A stretch of 64,000 nucleotides of DNA from Candidatus Bathyarchaeota archaeon (GCA_963775895.1 CAVZKL010000028.1:11897-75896); one strand, 5' to 3'. Positions 1-12,885 are shown, numbered from the stretch's first letter. Translations and numbers: made by a program. The notes: a model not told the origin generated them from the letters alone.

Positions 1-2807
1 TGGACAGCCCATTCGTCGTAACCAACAACATCATAATCAACCCAAACGTCACCTTAACCGTCGAACCCGGAGTCGAGGTCCGTTTCGGAGGACCATTCTC
101 GCTAATCACCAATGGAAGAATCGTCGCTCAAGGAACGGCAGACAGACCGATTCTCTTCACGACCAACGACCCCAACGGCACCAACTTCTGGCAGTCAATC
201 TCAATCTACGGCGCACAATCCTCCTTCACAAACTGCGTCATAGAGTACGCAAAGAACGCAATGATGCTCGAAGCCGGTTCACTCCAAATTCAAAATGATC
301 AAAGTGCAAAATAACTCGCAGAACGGCATCGTGGTAGACGCAGGAACAATAACGGTCGACAGCAGCGACTTTGCCCTCAACGGCGAAAGCGCCATACTGA
401 TCGAAGGCGGCAATTCCGTAACGATCAGCAACGACGTCATCGAGTCAAACGCGTACGGACTAACCCTATCTGGTCAACTGACAGGAACCGTACAGATTCA
501 GCAGAACGAGATCATCAACAACACTCAAGCCGGAATCCTCATCGACGCAAAAGCGCTCGACAAACACTCAAATAAATGGAAACAACGTCACAGCAAACGC
601 GCAAGGAATCCTCATCTCAACCAGCACGACCACAAGCATCAGCAACAACTACATCTTCGGAAACACTGTCGGAGTCTACTACACGGACAACGGATACCAC
701 CAACTGAACTTCAATGACATCTACGACAACGGAATGGGCGTCAGACGTAGCCTCTTCCTCTCAAGCCACCATCAACGCGATACACAATTACTGGGGAGAC
801 CGAAGCGGACCCCAAAATGAATGGCTGAACCCACACGGAAAAGGCAACCCGGTTGGCGAAAACGGAACAAACCTAGACGTCATACCTTTCCTAACACACT
901 CGTTCACGTACAACAACAACCCACCCACAGCCGTCCTCTGGTCCGACATAGTGACCGCTGCAACGGGCCAGACAGTCACGCTCGTAGGCACAGACTCTCA
1001 TGATGACGGCAGCATCGTACAATACCAATATGACTTCAACGACACCACAAACAGCGGCCATACGACGCTGTCCCTCTTCAACCACACCTACTCTACACCA
1101 GGCACTTACATGCCAAGCCTAATAGTCTGGGACGACGTCGGCTGGTGGAGCAACACAGTTTCGACAACAGTCACCGTTACCAATCTACCTACGCTACAAG
1201 CCTCAGTAACAGTTAACAACTCCACAATCGCCTACAACGGTAACACGTGGATAACAGTCTACGTCTCAACCGGCACTGGCGGAGTTGCTGACGCAACCGT
1301 CTCATTGTTCTCAACGGCAGGAGGAAGCTTCAGTCCCCAGTCAGGACTGACGGACGCCAACGGCTACTTCGCAACACAATTCACCGCGCCAAACGCCTCA
1401 CAAACGACAGAAATAAGAATAATCGCAAGGGCATCAATGAACGGGTACGCAGACGGCTCTGCCCATGATTACGTCAAAGTCATCCCGCCTCTGACGGTGA
1501 TAGCCACACCGAGCGCGCCAACCGTAAATTCCCAAGGAAACGTTACGCTCAACGTTAACGTCGAAGGCGATTTTGCAGAACCAGTGCAGGGCGCCAACCT
1601 CACCCTCTCATCCGACTACGGCACAATTACGCCTACGACTGGAATCACAGGCTCGAACGGCACGGCCATCTTCACTTACACTGCTCCAACAACGCTCAAC
1701 CAGCTCAATGCCACATTGACAGTAACGGCCAGCAAGAGCGAATACGCCGACGGACAGGGCTACGCCATCATCATCGTTGAACCAAAAGTCTTGTCTCTCG
1801 ACCTAAGCGCCGACCCTAACACCGTGCTCTCCGAGGAGCCAACCACGATAACGGCACAAGTCACCTTCAACTCAACCGCGGTGGCAAACGCCACTGTAAC
1901 CGTGTCATCCGATGTCGGCGGCAACTTCAGTGAAACACAGTTGAACACAGATTCTGCTGGCATAGCAAGGTTTGCTTTCACGGCACCGCAGACCGTTGTC
2001 ATCGGAGGAATAAACGCAACCATCACAGCCACGGCGTCTGAGGACGGATTCGTTGGAACTCAAAACCAGCTGATCTTGTCTGTGATCCCGAAAACACTAG
2101 ATGTTCAGATCGTGCCTCAAGCGTTGACGACGTATTCAGGAAGCAACCTGAGCATCACGGCCATCGTGGGATACGATGGTAAACCACTTCAGAACGCCAA
2201 TGTCACCATCACCGCAGCTAACGGAACATTTGCTCCAACACTGGCTGTCACGGACAGTAATGGTAACGCCACGTTCGTCTTCACAGCTCCCGAATTCGAC
2301 GAAGACACCAACGTGACCGTGTCGATTCTCGCAATGAAAGACGGGTACATCGAAAACACCGACGCAGTCAACATCACAGTCCAGCCGTTACATTTCAAGA
2401 TTCAGCCGAGCCCGTCAATCGTGCATTCAGGACAGACTGAAACCATCGTGATCCATGTGTACGCCAACGAAACCAACATTGCAACACCCGATGCTCTCGT
2501 CACAATCTCGTTGAATAACGGACAAAAATACACCAACGTCACGGACTCGAATGGAAGCTGCACGTTTCTGGTCAAAATTCCTCAAACGTCCGACAGCACG
2601 ATTAACATGACGGTAACAGTGAGCAGAGTGGGATACGTGGGAAGACAAACCGTCTTCACGCTGAACGTCGTTGCAGAGGAAGTCGGATTTCCATGGTTAA
2701 CCATACTCATCATCGCTATCCCCATTGCAATCGTGGTCGTCATCGTGATCCTGATAAAGATGAAGGTCATCGTCGTTTCCTCGAAGGATGAAGAGGGTTC
2801 AGAGTAA
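1..2807 (+). CDS. Large cell-surface protein, 5'-truncated: right-handed beta-helix repeats, PKD domain, several invasin/Big-1-like Ig domains, C-terminal TM anchor; split by ~3 indels
   Basis: Frame from nt 3 reads DSPFVVTNNIIINPNVTLTVEPGVEVRF...AQGTADRPILFT and joins ORFs 295..717 and 714..2807 via shifts near 295, 565 and 735. NYWGDRSGP beta-helix end, PKD-like YQYDFND..NHTYSTPGTY, repeated TDANG/TGSNG/TDSAG/TDSNG..F.APx motifs, hydrophobic C-terminus. Confidence 0.8.
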
Positions 2808-2874
2808 GGTCTCGTGAGACGTAATATTTAATAGACTGTGTGAACTCAACAGTAAGTGGAACAGGAGAACTACA

Positions 2875-4504
2875 ATGACACAATCGCAAAGCAAGGGAAA
2901 ACTTGCAAAACTCAAGACCATAAACATAAGGTTCAAACTTGAAAAAACAAGAACAAGTAGCCACTCCGCCCCTACCGCCAAGACCTCTACCCAGAGGATA
3001 CAAAGTAATGGAGAAGTACCCACTCTACGAACCCTTCGCACACGTCGCCATCGCACAGAACCCAAAAACTGGAGAATTCAAGTACATTCTGGACGAACTT
3101 CAGCTTGACCCCCTAGAAAGAAGCGTCTACACGCGCATTCTTGAAATACTCCTAGCAGAGATCGAGTCTCCAAAAGAGGAAATCGTTGATCCAAGAAGAT
3201 TCTTTGCAGACGAAGCCAAGAAAATCGTCGACAAATACCGCATCAGCCTAGGCTGGCTCCCCGACGTATCATGGTACAAGATCCTTTACCATGCGGAAAG
3301 AGACCTGGTCGGATTCGGCCAAATCGATCCTCTGATGCGAGACGCAAACATTGAAGATATTTCATGCGACGGTGTAACCAGGCCCGTCTACGTATGGCAC
3401 AGAAACTATGAAAGCTTAGAGACGAACATCCAGTTTCAGACAGATGAAGAACTTGACAACATGGTTGTGAAATTAGTACACATGGCTGGAAAACACGTGA
3501 GCTCAGCCTTCCCCATCGTCGACGCGTCATTACCAGGCAAACACAGACTTGCCGTCTGTTACAGACGTGAAATCACTCCCTTCGGAACCGCATTCACCAT
3601 CAGAAAATTCAGAGAAGACCCCTATTCAATAATAGACTTGATCAACATAGGCACATTCTCAGAAGAGATGGCAGCATACTTCTGGCAGTGTCTAGAGTAC
3701 AGAACATCAATAATGGTTCTAGGTGGAACAGCCGCAGGAAAAACCACGGCATTAAACGCTCTAGCTTGTCTAATCAAGCCAGGCAGCAAAATCATTACGA
3801 TAGAAGAAACGGCAGAACTCAACCTTTCTCATGAAAACTGGGTATCACTGATCGCAAGGCAAAGCTACGGACTGGGCGGAGACATTACAGGCGAAGTACC
3901 ATTATTCGATCTAGTGAAAACCTCAATGAGACATCGGCCCGACATCCTCATCGTGGGTGAGGTCAGAGGACAAGAAGCATACGTACTATTCCAAGCACTA
4001 GCAACAGGACACGGTGGCATGTGCACAATGCACGCTGAAAACTTGGATACAGCAATAAAGCGACTCACACAGAAACCAATGGACATCTCACCAGCATACG
4101 TACCATTGATGAACATCATACTATCAATCCAAAGAGTCCACATTACAAAGAACAACGAGAAAAGAGCATACAGACGAGTCATGAACGTCAACGAAATCGC
4201 TGAATTCGAAGATTACAGACCCATCTTCAAATGGAACCCACCTAAAGACGAGCAGATACAAACTCTCGACAAAAGCATAATGCTCTCGGCCATTTCTGAA
4301 AGGTTAGGCCTAACCAAGAAAGACCTGATTGCAGAGATTGAAAAAAGGAAATCAATACTCCACTGGATGCGCGAACGCAACATAAGAAGCTACAAAGACG
4401 TGGCCGCGATAATCGCAGAATACTACGCTAGGCCAAAACAAATCTACGAAAAAATTCTAGCCGGAGAGGAGGTTAAACCACTTGCCGTATCTGGAAACAC
4501 TTGA
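2875..4504 (+). CDS. Type II/IV secretion (pilus assembly) ATPase, FlaI/VirB11/GspE family
   Basis: Walker A GGTAAGKTT, TIEETAEL, Walker B RHRPDILIVGEVRG, TGHGGMCTMHA His box. Main ORF is 2939..4504; the true start is probably ATG 2875 with an indel in the A-run at ~2942-2947. Confidence 0.93.
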
Positions 4505-6174
4505 AGCGTGGTCTTTCCGTCTCTTCGGGAAAACAGCTCCCTCCGTTCTCAAACGCGTGGTTCAGTTCAGACAATACCTTGAACGAGCAAGAATCAAGAT
4601 CTACCCAGAAACCTACGTATCCTTGATGTTTTTCACTGCAACACTCACCATACCGATCTCAATAGTCTCTATAGTAATCGCACTACTCTATGGCTTCATG
4701 CCAGCGATATTCATCATACCAGTACCACTCTATGTAATGATTGGGTTTCTCCTGGTTCCAATGTCCAAGGCTAGCGACAGATCAGCAAACCTTGAGAGAG
4801 AAATGCCCTTTGCAGCATCATACATCAGCGTTATGGCTTCAGGAGGCATAGCACCATATTCGAGTTTCAAGAGACTTTCGGAAGTGGACCTGCTTCCAGG
4901 AATGAAAAACGAAGGCCAGAGAAATAATCAAAGACGTTGAAATCTTCGGCATAGACCCGCTGACGGCAATTGAGCAGGCGGCGAAGAAAAACCCGCTGGA
5001 CATCTTTAAAGATTTTCTATCAGGATACGCTTCAACCGTCATAATTGGCGGTGACATAGGACACTTCCTCGAAAGAAAAGCCGAGGACATCTTCAAGGCA
5101 AGAGCATTAAGAGTCAAGGCAGCAGCTGAAAGACTCGGCATGCTTCTTGAAACTTTCATAATAGTGAACGTCATGATGTCACTCTGTTTCTACATCATGT
5201 TCAGCGTCGAAAACATCGGCGTAACAGGCACAGCCGGCGGTGGAGGAAGCGGATCCACATCAGGAATCATCCTTTACACGTTTCTGCTGAGCCCGCTACT
5301 CTCCATGATGTTCATCTACCTAGCGCACAGCATGCAGCCAAAAACACCCGTAACAGACATGCGCCCCTACAAAGTGTTCGCGATCAGCGGCATCATAGGG
5401 ATGGCAATATTCGCGACGTTCTACTTCTTCAACCTGTACAACTCTTTCATAGATCTGCCCGTGACGCTGGCAGTATCGTTGTTCGTCGCCACTGCACCAG
5501 CAGCGGTCGTCTACAACAAATACCAAAGCCAAAGAACTCAAACTGAATCAGGAGTGAACAGCTTTCTCAGAGACCTGACGGAAGTCAGAAAAACAGGACT
5601 ATCACCCGAAAAATGCATCGAAAGCCTTTCACACCGAGACTATGGCTCATTCTCCAAAGAGCTACGCAAAATAAGCTCAGAGATTTCATGGGGAATCCCC
5701 GTGCGAAAAGTCATCATGGACTTCATCAGTAGAACGAAGAGTTGGATGACCCAGATAGTCATGTTCCTGCTTGTTGAAACGGTAGACGTCGGCGGAGGCA
5801 CAATAGCAATGATAGAATCGCTGGCCAGGTTCAACAACACAACTCAAGAAGTTGAAAAAGAAAAGAAGATGGCCGTACGCCCGTACGTGATTATGCCATA
5901 CTTCGCTGCCCTGCTACTGGTGGCAACGACAACGATGATGCTCGGGTTCACCACGGGCACCCTTGGACTCAGTACTCCAACAGGACCGAACCCTGAGATG
6001 GAATCAGTCAAAGCGATATTCAATCTGTCATGCATATTCTCCAGCTACATGATCGGCATAGTTGCCGGCAAAATCAGCGAAGAATCCATCGGAGCAGGTT
6101 TCAAGCATGCCTCAATTCTGGTGATAATAACCGTGGTGACTGCTAAGCTGGTGCCCATGTTCGTAAAGGTGTGA
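4482..6174 (+). CDS. Type II secretion F-domain (TadC/FlaJ-like) membrane platform protein; one indel ~4914
   Basis: Two T2SSF-like halves (EREMPFAASYISVMASGG; SFLRDLTEVRKTGLSP..LVETVDVGGG). The alternate frame after 4914 reads AREIIKDVEIFGIDPLTAIE... continuously into ORF 5140..6174. Confidence 0.9.
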
Positions 6175-6184
6175 CAGGGGGAGA

Positions 6185-7039
6185 ATGAAAATCGGATCAG
6201 ACAGACGCCTGTTACACAGGCTCAGAAAAAACAAGAAAGCAATCAGTCCAGCCATTTCGACGGTCATAATTACAGCCGCCGTAGTAGTGATGCTCCTAGT
6301 GACCATCGTTTTCGCCAACAACTATCTGCAGCAACGCATAGCGCAGAACGAGTTCAGCGCCGCGGAGCAGTTCATGCAAACGACCGCATTACAGCTGGAC
6401 GACGTGTCATGGACTATCGGTCGCACCCAGACGATCAGATACGCGAGCACGTTCGGACAAGTAAACTTTCAAGCACCCGCCCTAAACTACACCGTTTTCG
6501 TAAACAACGCACCGATCGCGAGTTTCACAACTGGCGTACTTTTCTTCAACATGCCAACGAACAAGTACAACATAGCAAACGGCTACTATCGAGGCATAAT
6601 TCCTCCTTCGAACAGTTCCTTCCTCCAACAAGGCACGTCGGCGCCAGTGGGTCACGTTTTCATCGTCGAAATGGTTCCCATGATTGACGGCAACTACATA
6701 AGAATAGTAGTCGCCCCCTCAATCAGAATGTTAAACTCGACGATAACAACAAGCAACACCACGGCAAATTACTACAACTTCTACCTCCCACTCCTTGAAC
6801 CTGGCAAGAGTCCCCACCTTTCACAAACCGTCACGCTCCAAGGAAACAACGTGAGCGTAACCACAAACGGAAATGTCAACGACATCAAAATACACGTTGA
6901 CTACCCACAGAGCATTCAAGGTTTTAACAGCCAGTTCTTCCAGTTCGAAAGTCAAGACGAGGAAATACAGGTTCCTGCAGGTTCAATTCTAGAATTCTAC
7001 ACAAGCGAGGTGATCGTGTCGCTAGGACTGCAAATCTAG
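6185..7039 (+). CDS. Type IV pilin-like protein with class III signal peptide
   Basis: KNKKA|ISPAISTVIITAAVVVMLL; directly after the ATPase and platform genes. Confidence 0.85.
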   Translation: MKIGSDRRLLHRLRKNKKAISPAISTVIITAAVVVMLLVTIVFANNYLQQRIAQNEFSAAEQFMQTTALQLDDVSWTIGRTQTIRYASTFGQVNFQAPALNYTVFVNNAPIASFTTGVLFFNMPTNKYNIANGYYRGIIPPSNSSFLQQGTSAPVGHVFIVEMVPMIDGNYIRIVVAPSIRMLNSTITTSNTTANYYNFYLPLLEPGKSPHLSQTVTLQGNNVSVTTNGNVNDIKIHVDYPQSIQGFNSQFFQFESQDEEIQVPAGSILEFYTSEVIVSLGLQI

Positions 7040-7060
7040 CCGACTGATGGAGGAAAAAGA

Positions 7061-7540
7061 ATGGTACACGTCACGATCGAATACATGATAATGATTCCCC
7101 TCCTGATATTGCAGGTCTTCCTCTTTCCCTTAACCGCAGGCTGGCTCATGACGACATGGGTGAACCAAAGAAGAACCCTGGCCTTGCAAGACGTTGCTGG
7201 ACAACTTTCAAGCACTATTCAGCAGTTGTACTTCGCGCTAAATCACCAGACCGTGCCGGCTGGAGAATCAACTTATGCTCCCGGGTTGCCACCGTCAATT
7301 GAAGATCTTTTCTACAAGGCAACCGCAAAGCTACGACCTCTCGGAGCACCAATGAATTCCAGCAACATGCTGGACGTCACAGTCAATCTAATCGGAACCA
7401 CAAACACCGTGGCAACAACCGTGATACTCGGGCCCAACGTTGACTGGCGATCTTCCGTCTTCAAGAGCAACTCGACAAAAGCAGCGGTAACAGCTCAGAA
7501 GTTCTTGAACGGAACGATAGCGCTATGGTTTGAATCTTAG
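7061..7540 (+). CDS. Putative minor pilin (TadE-like N-terminus)
   Basis: MVHVTIEY followed by a hydrophobic helix; GGAGG upstream; inside pilus locus. Confidence 0.65.
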   Translation: MVHVTIEYMIMIPLLILQVFLFPLTAGWLMTTWVNQRRTLALQDVAGQLSSTIQQLYFALNHQTVPAGESTYAPGLPPSIEDLFYKATAKLRPLGAPMNSSNMLDVTVNLIGTTNTVATTVILGPNVDWRSSVFKSNSTKAAVTAQKFLNGTIALWFES

Positions 7541-7552
7541 GAATGATCGAAA

Positions 7553-8779
7553 TTGCCCGAAGCCACAATAGATCACATGATCGCCCTGACAGTCTTCCTA
7601 GCGGCGCTGCTGCTCTTCATAGGGCTATTCAATCAGACAATTCAAACAGCAATTTTGTACCAGCAACACCGATACATTGCGTCCAAGTGCACAGACATGC
7701 TCGACAACATTATGCTCAACCCAGGCTACCCAACCTATTGGGGAACCAGCAATGCTACACCCTCCAGCTTTGGGTTGCAGGACCCAGAGTTCACTCAATA
7801 CAGGCTCAGTCCTTTTTCGTTGATGCGTCTAGCATCATTTTCAGGCACACCAGTGTACTATTCCAAAACAGGCATGACGTACAGCAACGTAACACTTGGG
7901 TTCGGAGATTCCTTACTGGTACCTTACAATGAAGCCCTAAACTATTCAACTGCCTCAACCCTACTCGGAACGAACAACTCGTTCGGTTTCCAACTCACCG
8001 TCACACCCACTGTCACAGTATCGATCTCGGAATTTCAATCAAGCAACCCCCTGATACTGACAGTAAACGTCGCGGGAAATGGCTTCCCTCTGTTAAGAGC
8101 CAACCTCAGCTATTGCTTTTTGACAGTCTCAACTCAGGGAGGAAACTACCCGTCCTACACGACATCGTACGGCACCGCCTACACAGACGAGCAAGGATCT
8201 GCCTTCTTGTCTTTTCCCCAAGTCCAAGACTCTGGAACATCATACGCTCTGATAGTCTATGCTCGCCTCAGCGGACTCAAAGGTGTCGGCTATCACCAAC
8301 GAGTTTCTTCGAGCCAGCAATACATAATTCCATTCATCAACGATTTCAATCAAGGAACAGTGATTCTAGCACACAGTTACGATGTACACTATTTAGGCCC
8401 GCCGGAGGCAGCGATCTTCTACAACGCCACGTTTGTCCTGTTGACAGAAGACTTCACGCTTCGGGAAATGCCGATGGACAATGCAACAGGAACCGTCGGA
8501 AAAGTCAACTACGGTTACGGGTATCCTTACGAGAACGTCACGATTCCTACGATGAACCCTGGAATCTTGGTTGTTACGTACAAGAAAAGCGCGAATGAAG
8601 GAGGCATCATACTCATGCCGTGGGGTATCAGTTCCCTCGCGTTTTCAATAGTCTTCGGAGATAACACTGCTGGAAAAGAATGGGTCGCTACAGACACGCG
8701 GCAAGTCACAGTCAGCAACGTCGCGTACCAAGCAAAACTCGCGGTCTGGAGCCTACAGGGATACGGGGTGACCGGCTAA
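7553..8779 (+). CDS. Putative minor pilin-like protein
   Basis: EATIDH followed by a hydrophobic helix, then PGYPTYW..FGL motif; tightly packed in pilus locus. Confidence 0.65.
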   Translation: MPEATIDHMIALTVFLAALLLFIGLFNQTIQTAILYQQHRYIASKCTDMLDNIMLNPGYPTYWGTSNATPSSFGLQDPEFTQYRLSPFSLMRLASFSGTPVYYSKTGMTYSNVTLGFGDSLLVPYNEALNYSTASTLLGTNNSFGFQLTVTPTVTVSISEFQSSNPLILTVNVAGNGFPLLRANLSYCFLTVSTQGGNYPSYTTSYGTAYTDEQGSAFLSFPQVQDSGTSYALIVYARLSGLKGVGYHQRVSSSQQYIIPFINDFNQGTVILAHSYDVHYLGPPEAAIFYNATFVLLTEDFTLREMPMDNATGTVGKVNYGYGYPYENVTIPTMNPGILVVTYKKSANEGGIILMPWGISSLAFSIVFGDNTAGKEWVATDTRQVTVSNVAYQAKLAVWSLQGYGVTG

Positions 8780-10084
8780 ATGATGCGCACCGTCGAGATA
8801 CTGCTCGTCATCGTCATCATCACAGGAGCTTTCGTGATATCTTCCTACTTTGCAGTCTTGCCATCACCACGTCAGGTCTCACCCACAAGCCTTGAAAGAT
8901 TAGCCTTGACGACTCTTCAAGCACTAGATGTCAGTCACGACTTAAGTGGCACAGTTTTCAAACCGTCAAATGATTCATCATGGACCGATCTGAAAGTCGC
9001 ACTCTCAGCATCTCTTCCACCTAACATGGTGTACAACCTGACCGTCTATGACGTGAAGCCAGGAACAATGCAGCTCTATTACGTTTCTAACTCTATCTCA
9101 AACGCCGCAAGCATGGGAGTCAGCACGGGATCTTCCTCTTATCTGTCTGCTTCTTCCAACGTAACCTTCGGTTTCACACCAGAAAAAGTTGGTGAACATG
9201 GAGGAGGCGGCGGAACACTCTACATTTTGAACGCCAGCGACACCAACGGCTGGTGGATCACAGGCTATACAACGCAAAAACTCGCCGAAGACCTGTACAA
9301 CCTCCTCTCGCCCTACTTCCAAACGACGATATTGATACAGAACACCACCCAATTCGCACAGATCCTCAACGGAACAACGATTTCAGGGTCACCCAACGAA
9401 AACGTGTCCAACGCAGTCGTAATAAACACGTGTGGAGAAGCAGTTCCAATACCATCAGGATACTACGCCACAATAGGAGCTCAGGATTCCTACGCAAAAT
9501 ACTGCTACATCCTAGGACAAAGAGTCAGACAGTACAACTGGACATTCGCCAGCATAGTCGGCTACCCACTCTACTACGTCAGCAACACAGGACTGTTTCC
9601 AAGCAGCCAGAACACGTGGGGCATCTACGGCATGCAACTGGTGGCAGCAGCCGGACTTAACTCGTTCCTCGAGGGAATCGACAACCAAACCTACGTTTAC
9701 AACGGCAACTGGATCACAGGAGATTTGGCGGGAAGCGTCTACCTTTCATCAGAAGCAATCTATTACTGCAACTACTACGGCATATACCCATCCTACTACC
9801 AAACTGCAAGCAGAGCCTTGCCATCCTCAATAACCTCGACTTACGAACTGAACGTCACCAACTACATCTTTCAACCCTCAGGCGGCTACCTTCCTGGAGC
9901 CGTATACAGACAGATCACGTCCGGCGCCTTCCTAGCCTTAGGCTTAACGCGAACGCCGGACATAAGAATAACCGCCCTCGGACTTCTTACTTATTACAGA
10001 CCTCACCTTTACCGTTCGGACTACAATTCAGTTGGCACTTCAAAACTCATCATACTACAGCTTGGACAAATGGGAGGAGTGTAG
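8780..10084 (+). CDS. Putative minor pilin-like protein
   Basis: MMRTVEILLVIVII N-terminus; start abuts previous stop codon. Confidence 0.65.
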   Translation: MMRTVEILLVIVIITGAFVISSYFAVLPSPRQVSPTSLERLALTTLQALDVSHDLSGTVFKPSNDSSWTDLKVALSASLPPNMVYNLTVYDVKPGTMQLYYVSNSISNAASMGVSTGSSSYLSASSNVTFGFTPEKVGEHGGGGGTLYILNASDTNGWWITGYTTQKLAEDLYNLLSPYFQTTILIQNTTQFAQILNGTTISGSPNENVSNAVVINTCGEAVPIPSGYYATIGAQDSYAKYCYILGQRVRQYNWTFASIVGYPLYYVSNTGLFPSSQNTWGIYGMQLVAAAGLNSFLEGIDNQTYVYNGNWITGDLAGSVYLSSEAIYYCNYYGIYPSYYQTASRALPSSITSTYELNVTNYIFQPSGGYLPGAVYRQITSGAFLALGLTRTPDIRITALGLLTYYRPHLYRSDYNSVGTSKLIILQLGQMGGV

Positions 10085-10087
10085 CAG

Positions 10088-12828
10088 ATGAACAAACGAG
10101 GACAGTTCTCGATCATAGCAGCATTACTCGTCGCGATAGTGCTGATAACAACAGTGGTGATGACTTACTCCACGATCCGCAGCAGCCACCAGTGGCAATC
10201 AACCTCAGATTCAAAGCGCGATAGATGAAACCAATCTAGCTATAAAGCAGATACTGGGCTTCACCGTCGGATACTACGGCTCAATCTTGAAGAGCACGGG
10301 AAACCAAACGTACGCAACAGAGCTTGCTACAAACTATCTTCAAAGCGGACTCGTGTACACGGCAAACATGCATCCTGACTGGGGCGGTTCTTTCGATGTC
10401 ACAAGTTCTCAACTCTACACCTCCTGGTACTCGAACATGAGCTACAGTAGCGGAAGCTTATCTATCAACTACAACCTCACGGGGCTGGGAATTCACGGAA
10501 TCACCTACAATGTCAATTGCAGCTTAACGATTCAAATAATGCCCACAGTTAACAGCGAAGCAACAGTGATGATAACAAAAGATGGAACTGAACCGTTGAT
10601 AAACCTGGGAACGTCCAACCTGCAGTTTTACCGCTACAGCACCAACGACTCATCCTGGAATCTGGTTGCCCCTCCAAATGAACCATTAGCATACGCAAAC
10701 GGAACATACCAAATTGACATACCATCAGGAATAGACGTAAACTCCTACCTGATCCAAGTACAGGATCAAAGAGGCATAATCGTCATAGCCTCATCCTTCA
10801 GCGCCTACACGATCAACCTAGCATGGAACACCACGTCATCCCCGACTCAACACTTCGTCGACAACAACACCTCTGACGTGGACGGAAATGGGAACACAGG
10901 AACACAAAGCAACTTCGCAGCCATGCAAACCGCGCCAGACGGAACAATGAACACGCTCACAGAAGGAATAACGACGGCAGGCGTTCCTGAGAAATGGGTG
11001 GAACCAATCTCCAACGATCCGACAAGCTGGACAAATCCGAGTCAAGCCTATGATAACAACACCGTCACGATGGCATCAACCTCCATCTCAGCGAAAAGTT
11101 GGAGCACCTACCTCACACTGGACACCAGCGCAATTAGCTGCCACAGTGTCCGCTACTACGTTGACGCCAACAGTGGCAGTGTCAATCAAATGAGGATTGA
11201 CATCTACAATGGCGCATGGACAACCGTGTACAACGGCAGTTTCAGCTCGGAACCAGTGGACCAACGTGACTTTTGCTGAGACCTCCGCGTCAAAAATGCG
11301 ATTCAGATTCTACAACAATCATGGCAGCAAAACATACAGTGCGTACGTATATGAGGCACAATTCCTGCAAACAGCGACTCCACAGAACTGTCAGCTGGAC
11401 GTCGAAGCTCAATGGACCAACGTCAACTACAACGACACAAACCAATGGTTATGCATCTACGGAGGAACGATGGCAGCCGAGAACATTCGAGTGGATGTAA
11501 GGAGCGGTTCAACATGGCTCAACGTGTTCACTGATCTGTTGACCGGATGGAACAACGTTTCAGTCTCAAAATACGTTAACTCCCCAACTTTTACGATTAG
11601 ATTCACGGATGGAACGCAGACAAACGATCCTGTCCAAGACAGTTGGCAAATAGACTCAGCACTTCTCAGTTCCGGCGGATCAGTCGGTGTCAGCACAAGC
11701 AGCACCATCGTCTTTGAACTGGAACAGAGCGGAACGATTCGATGGTTAGGCAACAACCTGCAGCAAACGATGCGGGCCCAGCCTATTCCGCCCATCCCAG
11801 TGAAATCCATCCACGTAAACGAGACAGTTGCAAACGTCAGCAGCGAAGTGCCTTATCAAGTGGAAGATTGGGCTTCCAACTACCAAATTCCTCTGGGACT
11901 GACAAACAACGCGAGCGTCTTCAGCGACACAAACATGCTCGTCTTCTTGGCAGGCCCCAACGTCACAAGAGTAACGGTATGGTGGAACGGCAGCGACACG
12001 ACGACGCAGACACCGTACGCCTACACGGACTTGTACTTCACCGGCGACAATCCAGCGGGCGGAATTCTTACAAACGGCATTCTAAGATTGCAGATAAACG
12101 GAGGCCAAGTCACGTCGACCCAAGGCACCTCGACCGTGGTTGCAACGTTAATGCGGATCAACGGCCAGAGCAGCACCTACGGAGCAGGAACCGCCTTCGT
12201 AATCCACCACGGAGTTGTAAGAGACATAATTCAGCAAGAAGCAGAATGGTCAGGCGGCGCGCCCAACTGCCCCAACCTTTACGCCCACATAGTCTTGACT
12301 CTGCCTGCGAACGTCAACTACTACACGTATCAGCTGAGGCTAATGTTCGTGAACTCCCAACAAAGCAGAACAATAACAGACCTGTGTCCGGTGAGACTCA
12401 CAGTCCCAGCGGGTCAACCACTAACCGAAGACGGAGTATTAGGGGGCAATCCAGTAGCCTCCGATGCCACAGGTCTTTACTACAACAAATCCTCCTCTGA
12501 ATCGATACATCACTGGAGCGAATTCATCAGCGGCACAAAGGGCGCGGGCATAATGTTCACCGACGCAGGCAACCAAGAACTCTACGTTTTCGACAGCATC
12601 GCCGGAAGTACAACAGGAGCAATCAGCATTACGAATTCGACTGGAAACATCATTGAACTTCAACCTGTCAGCGTGCGCGCATCAGCAAGCTTCACGTACG
12701 CCCTAGACGTAGCCTGGCACGGCGCGATCGCAACGTTCGACGGAACGACCCCCATCTACGGCAATGGAGGCAACGGATTATGGACCACCGTCGAATGCCC
12801 ACCAATCATAACGGTGAGCACAAGCTAG
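10088..12828 (+). CDS. Large (~910 aa) pilin-like putative adhesin with class III signal peptide; split by 2 indels
   Basis: ATG 10088 gives MNKRG|QFSIIAALLVAIVLITTVVMTY (missed by the ORF track). Shifts near 10185 and 11245 join ORFs 10287..11279 and 11197..12828. Confidence 0.75.
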
Positions 12829-12885
12829 TTTGACGGAAGTTTGCGAATGGAAAATGTTATCATGGATGTTGATTCATCGTTCATA

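Noticed and set aside
567-717. His/Gln/Arg-rich tail of ORF 295..717
   Set aside because: Out-of-frame translation after an indel; the correct frame continues the beta-helix repeats.
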